Assembly (NCBI GenBank): GCA_018060185.1 | Contig: JAGOWQ010000005.1 | Span: 15,194 to 79,193 of the forward strand | Length of the DNA: 64,000 nucleotides | Source of the DNA: Leptotrichiaceae bacterium | GTDB taxonomy: Bacteria; Fusobacteriota; Fusobacteriia; Fusobacteriales; Leptotrichiaceae | Reading direction: 5' to 3' | Shown here: positions 57,836-64,000 of the stretch, piece after piece | How positions within the stretch are numbered: position 1 is the stretch's first letter | How the letters are laid out: each line of letters opens with the position of its first letter | The notes under the pieces: model-generated | Databases searched by the model: none | The model's input: only the letters and a program-made list of their open reading frames with translations | Told to the model about the DNA's origin: nothing | Program-made: the position numbers and the translations under genes

Positions 57836-58480
57836 TTATGCTTCTTTTTTAGCCATAATATCTTTTACTTTCATAAGTCTTATAATGTTTCCTCTTTCAT
57901 TTTCGTCTAGTTTCATTTGAATATATTTTATTGTTTCTTGATATTGGGGTATAGTCATATATTCCAAAGCATTAACACGACGTCTTGTTTTTTCTACTTC
58001 ATCTGCCATTAACTGACATGCTTTTTCAATTTCAGATAGTTCCAATAACTCATCCATTATTTCATTCAATCCTTCAATAGCATCATCTAAATCTGCTGAT
58101 GTTTGAGCGTATCCATAAGGATATATTGAACCAGCTAAATTTTCATTATCTTTTATAAAAGTCATTTTAGGCACATTAACGCTCATTATATTTTTCATTT
58201 TTATTTTTAAACTAATTTTTTCTTTTGGATAAAGAATAGCGTTTTCAAGCATTTCATCTGACATTACTCCTCTTGAAAGTAAAAAATCTTTAAAAGAATT
58301 TTGAAGTTTTTCTTCCACTTTTTCTCTTAATTTTTTATTTTCTTTTATCATCTCAATGAACTGTCTCATTAACTCATCCTGTTTATCCTTTAATAATTTA
58401 TGACCTCTAACAGCTGTTTTTAAACGTGTTTTTAATCTAGTTAACTCCATTCTAGTTGGATTTACATTTAACCTAGCCAT
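57836..58480 (-). CDS. ntpD: V-type ATP synthase subunit D
   Basis: 214 aa. [37 protein letters not shown] is the canonical V/A-type D N-terminus. Confidence 0.9.
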   Translation of the reverse strand: MARLNVNPTRMELTRLKTRLKTAVRGHKLLKDKQDELMRQFIEMIKENKKLREKVEEKLQNSFKDFLLSRGVMSDEMLENAILYPKEKISLKIKMKNIMSVNVPKMTFIKDNENLAGSIYPYGYAQTSADLDDAIEGLNEIMDELLELSEIEKACQLMADEVEKTRRRVNALEYMTIPQYQETIKYIQMKLDENERGNIIRLMKVKDIMAKKEA

Positions 58481-58482
58481 AA

Positions 58483-59862
58483 TTATTCATCTCCTAAAGG
58501 CAAGTATTTTTCTAAATACTCATCTCTAATTCTCTTTAATTCAGTTCTAGGGAGTATTTTTAATAATTCCCATCCTAAATTTAAAGTTTCTTCAATTGTT
58601 CTATTTTTTTCAAATCCTTGAGCTATATATTGCTCTTCAAATTCTGTTGTAAATTTAACAAAGGCTTTATCTGTATTTGATAATGCTGATTCTCCTAAAA
58701 TTACTGATAACTCTTTTGCTTCTTTTCCAGTAGCATAAGCTGCAAATAATTGGTTCATAGTGTCTGCATGATCTTCCCTTGTTTTATTTTTTCCAATTCC
58801 TTTATCTTTCAATCTTGAAAGTGAAGGTAATACATCTATTGGTGGCATTAGATTTTGTTTATATAAATCTCTTGATAATATTATTTGCCCTTCTGTTATA
58901 TATCCAGTCAAATCTGGAATTGGATGTGTTTTATCGTCTTCTGGCATAGTTAATATAGGAATTTGAGTAATTGATCCTTCTCTACCTTTAATTCTTCCCG
59001 CTCTTTCATATAGAGTTGATAAATCCGTATATAAATATCCTGGATATCCTCTTCTTCCTGGTACTTCTCTTCTTGCTGCTGATACTTCCCTCAAAGCTTC
59101 ACAGTAATTAGTTAAATCTGTTAAAATTACTAATACGTGCATTCCTTTTTCAAAAGCTAAATATTCCGCACAAGTAAGAGCCATTCTTGGTGTAGCTATT
59201 CTTTCTATTGCTGGATCATTTGCTAAGTTCATAAATAATACTGCTCTATCTATTGCACCAGTTTTTGTAAAATCGTCAATAAAAAATTGAGCTTCTTCAA
59301 AAGTAATTCCTATAGCACCAAATACTACTGCAAATTTAGAATCTGCACCTAAAACCCTAGCTTGTCTTGCTATCTGTGCAGCAAGCTCAGCATGAGGAAG
59401 TCCAGAACCAGAAAATATAGGTAATTTTTGTCCTCTAACAAGAGTGTTTAGTCCATCTATAGCTGAAACTCCAGTTTGAATAAATTCAGAAGGATAATCT
59501 CTTGCAACAGGGTTAATAGCAATTCCTTCTATATCCAAGGTTTTTTCAGGGATTATTTTAGGACCATTATCTTTTGGTCTACCTAATCCATCAAATACTC
59601 TTCCTATCATATCTTCAGATACTCCTAATGATAAAGGTCTCCCTAAAAATCTAACTTTAGAATCTTTTAAGTTTAGTCCAGCAGAACTTTCAAACAATTG
59701 AACCATGGCTTTATCACCATTTACTTCTAAAACTCTTCCTCTTCTTAGTTCACCTCTTTGAGTTTCTATTTCAACTAATTCATAGTATTTTATTCCTTCA
59801 ACTCCTTCAACAACCATCAAAGGACCAACTACTTCACTAATAGTTTTATATTCCTTAAGCAT
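58483..59862 (-). CDS. ntpB: V-type ATP synthase subunit B
   Basis: 459 aa of the non-catalytic B family (SGSGLPH..., [14 protein letters not shown]). Confidence 0.92.
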   Translation of the reverse strand: MLKEYKTISEVVGPLMVVEGVEGIKYYELVEIETQRGELRRGRVLEVNGDKAMVQLFESSAGLNLKDSKVRFLGRPLSLGVSEDMIGRVFDGLGRPKDNGPKIIPEKTLDIEGIAINPVARDYPSEFIQTGVSAIDGLNTLVRGQKLPIFSGSGLPHAELAAQIARQARVLGADSKFAVVFGAIGITFEEAQFFIDDFTKTGAIDRAVLFMNLANDPAIERIATPRMALTCAEYLAFEKGMHVLVILTDLTNYCEALREVSAARREVPGRRGYPGYLYTDLSTLYERAGRIKGREGSITQIPILTMPEDDKTHPIPDLTGYITEGQIILSRDLYKQNLMPPIDVLPSLSRLKDKGIGKNKTREDHADTMNQLFAAYATGKEAKELSVILGESALSNTDKAFVKFTTEFEEQYIAQGFEKNRTIEETLNLGWELLKILPRTELKRIRDEYLEKYLPLGDE

Positions 59863-61627
59863 CTAATACACCTCCTTCATTTAAAAGATTATCAATTTCA
59901 TTTTCTAAGTCTTTTTCCATATCACTGATTTTGCTTAATTCTGATTCTGGCAAATATTTTGCCCTTGAAATTTTTTCTCTAACAGGTAAATTAACAATTT
60001 CTTTTAAGTAAGCACCATTATTTAATCCTCTTAACCCTTCATCATAAAATTTCAATACTATGTCAAGCATCTTATTTTGTTTATTTAGTGAAGTATACGT
60101 ATCAGATTCCATAAACGCATTTTGTTGTAAATAATCTTCTCTTATAGATTTTGCAACTTCTAATTTCAATTGATCTTTTTCTGAAAGTGTATCTTTACCT
60201 ACTAATCTTACAATTTCTTGTAAACTATTTTCCTCTTGTAATAATGACATTGCTCTTGCTCTATTTTTAGAAAATTCAGGTCCTATGTTTTCATCCATCC
60301 AACCATCTACTTTTGTTTGATATAATGTGTAAGAATTCAACCAATTAATAGCTGGAAAATGTCTTCTATACGCCAAATTTGCATCTAATCCCCAGAACAC
60401 TTTAACTATTCTAAGAGTTGCTTGAGACACTGGTTCTGAAATATCTCCACCTGGAGGCGAAACTGCACCTATTACTGTTAAAGCTCCTTCTCTTCCATCT
60501 TTACCTAAACAAATAACTTTCCCTGCTCTTTCATAAAATTCTGCCGCTCTTGAACCTAAATACGCTGGATAACTTTCATCTCCAGGCATTTCTTCAAGTC
60601 TTCCTGACATTTCTCTTAAAGCTTCTGCCCATCTTGATGTAGAGTCAGCCATTATTGCTACTGAATATCCCATATCTCTAAAATATTCAGCTATAGTAAT
60701 CCCTGTATAAATACTTGCTTCCCTTGCAGCAACTGGCATATTTGAAGTATTAGCAATAAGAACTGTTCTTTTCATTAATGATTCTCCTGTTTTAGGATCT
60801 ATTATTTCAGGAAATTCCATAAGAACATCTGTCATCTCATTTCCACGTTCTCCACACCCAACATAAACTATTATTTCAGCATCTGCCCATTTAGCCATTT
60901 GATGTTGAACTACCGTTTTCCCTGATCCAAATGGTCCAGGAACACAAGCTGTTCCACCTTTTGTAACTGGGAAAAAAGTATCTATTACTCTTTGTCCTGT
61001 TATTAAAGGTGCTTCAGGATTTAATTTTTTTGCATATTTTCTACCTTTTCTTACAGGCCATTTTTGCATCATTTGAATATTAACATCTCCATTTTCAGTT
61101 TCTACCACCGCTACTGTGTCGACAACTGTAAAATTTCCTTTTTCAATGGATTTAATCGTACCTTCTACTCCTAAAGGAATCATTATTTTATGGCTTACTA
61201 CTGGTGTTTCTTGGACTGTACCTATTATATCCCCAACTTGAACTTTATCTCCAGCAGATACAGTTGGTACAAATTCCCATTTCTTTTCTCTATTTAAAGA
61301 CGGTATTTCGATACCTTTATTTAAAAAATCTCCCGCTATATCTTTAAACGCTTCTAGCGGTCTTTGAATACCATCAAACATTACTTCTAACAGTCCAGGA
61401 CCTAATTCTACACTTAATTGTTCTCCTGTGGAAAATACAGGTTCTCCTGGTCCTATCCCAACAGTTTCTTCATAAACTTGTATAGAGGCTCTATCTCCTC
61501 TCATTTCTATTATTTCTCCAATAAGCTTATTATCAGAAACCTTAACTACATCATATACATTTGCTTCGTCCATTCCCTCAGCAACAACAAGAGGTCCTGA
61601 TACTTTTATTATTTTTCCTACTTTCAA
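59855..61627 (-). CDS. ntpA: V-type ATP synthase catalytic subunit A
   Basis: 590 aa with Walker A GPFGSGKT and the non-homologous insert typical of A subunits. Also GERGNEM and [10 protein letters not shown]. Confidence 0.92.
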   Translation of the reverse strand: MKVGKIIKVSGPLVVAEGMDEANVYDVVKVSDNKLIGEIIEMRGDRASIQVYEETVGIGPGEPVFSTGEQLSVELGPGLLEVMFDGIQRPLEAFKDIAGDFLNKGIEIPSLNREKKWEFVPTVSAGDKVQVGDIIGTVQETPVVSHKIMIPLGVEGTIKSIEKGNFTVVDTVAVVETENGDVNIQMMQKWPVRKGRKYAKKLNPEAPLITGQRVIDTFFPVTKGGTACVPGPFGSGKTVVQHQMAKWADAEIIVYVGCGERGNEMTDVLMEFPEIIDPKTGESLMKRTVLIANTSNMPVAAREASIYTGITIAEYFRDMGYSVAIMADSTSRWAEALREMSGRLEEMPGDESYPAYLGSRAAEFYERAGKVICLGKDGREGALTVIGAVSPPGGDISEPVSQATLRIVKVFWGLDANLAYRRHFPAINWLNSYTLYQTKVDGWMDENIGPEFSKNRARAMSLLQEENSLQEIVRLVGKDTLSEKDQLKLEVAKSIREDYLQQNAFMESDTYTSLNKQNKMLDIVLKFYDEGLRGLNNGAYLKEIVNLPVREKISRAKYLPESELSKISDMEKDLENEIDNLLNEGGVLDA

Positions 61628-61673
61628 CGAAAATCTCCTTCTTTCTTCAAAGTTTTAGAAGTATATTATTATA

Positions 61674-61982
61674 TTAGAATATATTTGAGCCTATTGCTTT
61701 TTCTACATAATCACTTATTTTTTTCATACCTATACCTAAAGTACCTTGATTACTTGGTATTAAAATTACTGCAGGAAGAATTTCTTTATTATATCTTTCA
61801 ATAGTATCTTCAATTAAAGCAGCAATTTGCTCTGTTACAAATATTATTCCATACTTTTCATTAGCTAGAGTATCTATTGTTCTTCTAGCTTCTTCTTTAT
61901 TAGTTACAGGATATACATCTACACCTACGGCTTTAAAAGCTAAAATAGAATCTTTATCTCCTACTACACCTATTTTATGCAT
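61674..61982 (-). CDS. V-type ATP synthase subunit F
   Basis: About 102 aa counted from the ATG at 61982 (MHKIGVVGDKDSILAFKAVGVDV). It overlaps the subunit C stop as ATGCATAA. The track start 61991 is GTG. Confidence 0.85.
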   Translation of the reverse strand: MHKIGVVGDKDSILAFKAVGVDVYPVTNKEEARRTIDTLANEKYGIIFVTEQIAALIEDTIERYNKEILPAVILIPSNQGTLGIGMKKISDYVEKAIGSNIF

Positions 61983-62976
61983 ATGTATCACGCAACCTTT
62001 CTTTTACTTTATCAGGGCTTATATTATTTATTTTACTTACCATAATCATTCTAATAGCATTTATTTCTCTTTCTTTAGCTACTAAATAAGTAAACAATGG
62101 CTCTGGTCCAAATACAATGTATTTGGAATCTCTGTTTAGTTCCATTAAATAATTTTCTGCAATTTTTTCAAGTTCTGATAATCTTCCTGTTTCATTAAAT
62201 GATTCTACTCCTCGTAATAAATACGTTCCTATTTTTTCTTTTTTCAATTTATTTGCTATTATTTCAGTATTGTCATTTAATAAAGATACTATTTTATCTT
62301 TAGATATTGTTCCTCCTTCATGGATTACAGTTTCTAAAAATTTCAAATCTCTATTTTGTTTTTTTACTCTTAATAAAGTTATTACATTTTGAAAATCTAT
62401 AAGTCCTTCTACATAAGCTTTCATTACATCTACATTTATGTCTTTAACAATACGAATTAAATGTTTATAGTAATATTTATCAGCTATTATATCAATTCTT
62501 TGTGGATCTTTTTTATCTTCAAAATCTTTTTCAACTTCCAACATTGTAGATGTAAATTCATTAGGTAAATCATCATAATTCTTTATATCAAAAGCTACTT
62601 TCAATTTATCAGCTTTTACTGTACCTGCATCCATAAGTAGTTCTGAAAAATCTTTTCCTAATAATTTGCCTTTTAATAGTACTTTTAAATTATGATAGTC
62701 GTACTTTAATGAAAGAGTATCAACTATTTCTCTATCTTTACTCATTTCTTTAATTACTGAAAAAACTCTTTCTGTTTCTCTTTTTAGTATTTTCTCATAA
62801 TTATTTACATTTTTTATATCTGACATACTGTGAGAATATTCTGTTTCTCCCAATAATTTTAAAACTTCTTCGGGAGTACTAGATTCTATCATTCTCTCAA
62901 GTTTATTTTTCGTTAAAAGTCTTTTTTCAAAAACTCTAACCGTTACGACGCTACGTCCGTAATCCATTCTGTCCAT
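61975..62976 (-). CDS. ntpC: V-type ATP synthase subunit C (V0 d-like)
   Basis: 333 aa. Called from its position between E and F and its size and helical composition. Confidence 0.8.
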   Translation of the reverse strand: MDRMDYGRSVVTVRVFEKRLLTKNKLERMIESSTPEEVLKLLGETEYSHSMSDIKNVNNYEKILKRETERVFSVIKEMSKDREIVDTLSLKYDYHNLKVLLKGKLLGKDFSELLMDAGTVKADKLKVAFDIKNYDDLPNEFTSTMLEVEKDFEDKKDPQRIDIIADKYYYKHLIRIVKDINVDVMKAYVEGLIDFQNVITLLRVKKQNRDLKFLETVIHEGGTISKDKIVSLLNDNTEIIANKLKKEKIGTYLLRGVESFNETGRLSELEKIAENYLMELNRDSKYIVFGPEPLFTYLVAKEREINAIRMIMVSKINNISPDKVKERLRDTYA

Positions 62977-63006
62977 ATATTTCTCCCTTATTTTAAATTA
63001 TACATT

Positions 63007-63561
63007 TTAGGAGAATAGAAGTTTAGATATTTCAACTTCCAATTCATCTCTCATAAAGTCTAATTTAACTTCAAATGTATAATTTTCTTGAATTCCATTT
63101 TCCTCTAAAATAAATCCCGAACTTACAAATTCTGTTTCAGATACTTTTAAGTTTAAAAATACCTCTTTTACTTTATTTAAATATGATTTTTTTACTATTA
63201 ATTTTTTATTTTCATTTATTTTCAATAAATCTATATTTTTTTTCAAATAATTTATATATTCTTCTTCATTCATATTAACAAGTTTTTCTTTTAACTTATC
63301 TATTACTTTATCTATCACAACTTGTTTTGATTTTAATTTTTCATTTCTCACTTTTAAACTTGCATTTGACTTTATTCTCTCAGTGAGAAGTTCTCTTTCT
63401 CTAACAGCAGATTCTATTATAATTTCTTTTTTTGAATCAACTTTTTTCATTTCTAATTTATATTTTTCATCAGCTGTAACTTGAGCTTTTTTCACAATAT
63501 CAGCAGCCTTTTCTTTAGCATCATTTAATATTTTTGATGTTAAATTATCAAAATTAGACAT
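63007..63561 (-). CDS. ntpE: V-type ATP synthase subunit E
   Basis: 184 aa with a charged coiled-coil N-terminus (ILNDAKEKAADIVKKAQ). Positioned after K. Confidence 0.8.
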   Translation of the reverse strand: MSNFDNLTSKILNDAKEKAADIVKKAQVTADEKYKLEMKKVDSKKEIIIESAVRERELLTERIKSNASLKVRNEKLKSKQVVIDKVIDKLKEKLVNMNEEEYINYLKKNIDLLKINENKKLIVKKSYLNKVKEVFLNLKVSETEFVSSGFILEENGIQENYTFEVKLDFMRDELEVEISKLLFS

Positions 63562-63582
63562 TATTTCACATCCCCTCTAATA

Positions 63583-64000
<418 letters not shown>

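Overview
Very AT-rich bacterial chromosomal window. Nearly every gene is on the minus strand; only three CDSs are on plus. Gene content fits a Fusobacteriota-like or other low-GC anaerobe: rplU-prp-rpmA with an N-terminally extended L27, dprA-topA-xer synteny, an ntp-type V-ATPase, and Sec machinery. I cannot name a species.

Left to right:
1. A compact selenocysteine island: selA (partial), selB, DUF3343, yedF, selD with an in-frame UGA, and tRNA-Sec. It is followed by a C-GCAxxG-C-C protein and a truncated or frameshifted TehA-like transporter.
2. The phnDCEE phosphonate-type ABC importer.
3. A 0.9-kb ORF-poor spacer with micro-ORFs and a perfect 13-bp hairpin.
4. A BMP/CUT2-type ABC importer with no binding-protein gene.
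5. uvrC, an Ogt-AlkA fusion and rapZ.
6. An OmpR/HisKA two-component system with lipoprotein and PepSY genes.
7. Four orphan secreted or membrane proteins.
8. rarA, a TrxR-like flavoprotein, oppDFBCA and fruRKA.
9. A housekeeping block: MBL hydrolases, mscS, ychF, a UDG-like gene, yqeH, xer, topA, dprA, a TPR protein and asnS.
10. rplU-prp-rpmA, a Cof-type HAD hydrolase and flavodoxin.
11. A ~3.0-kb insertion, then a Gfo/Idh/MocA oxidoreductase and the V-type ATPase operon (K' E C F A B D).

The best candidate for something new is that insertion (about 53.07-56.59 kb). It carries a stand-alone 724-aa DUF262/DUF1524 (GmrSD/BrxU-like) nuclease with an uncharacterised C-terminal tail, plus a 0.8-kb ORF-free tail. 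It is bracketed by ~245-bp direct repeats that duplicate an entire divergent promoter region and the first 16 codons of flavodoxin. Each end of the cassette therefore inherits a promoter.

No CRISPR array, transposase, prophage or rRNA was seen. All calls come from motif reading by eye. No database search was run, and homopolymer lengths and repeat edges may be off by 1-2 nt.
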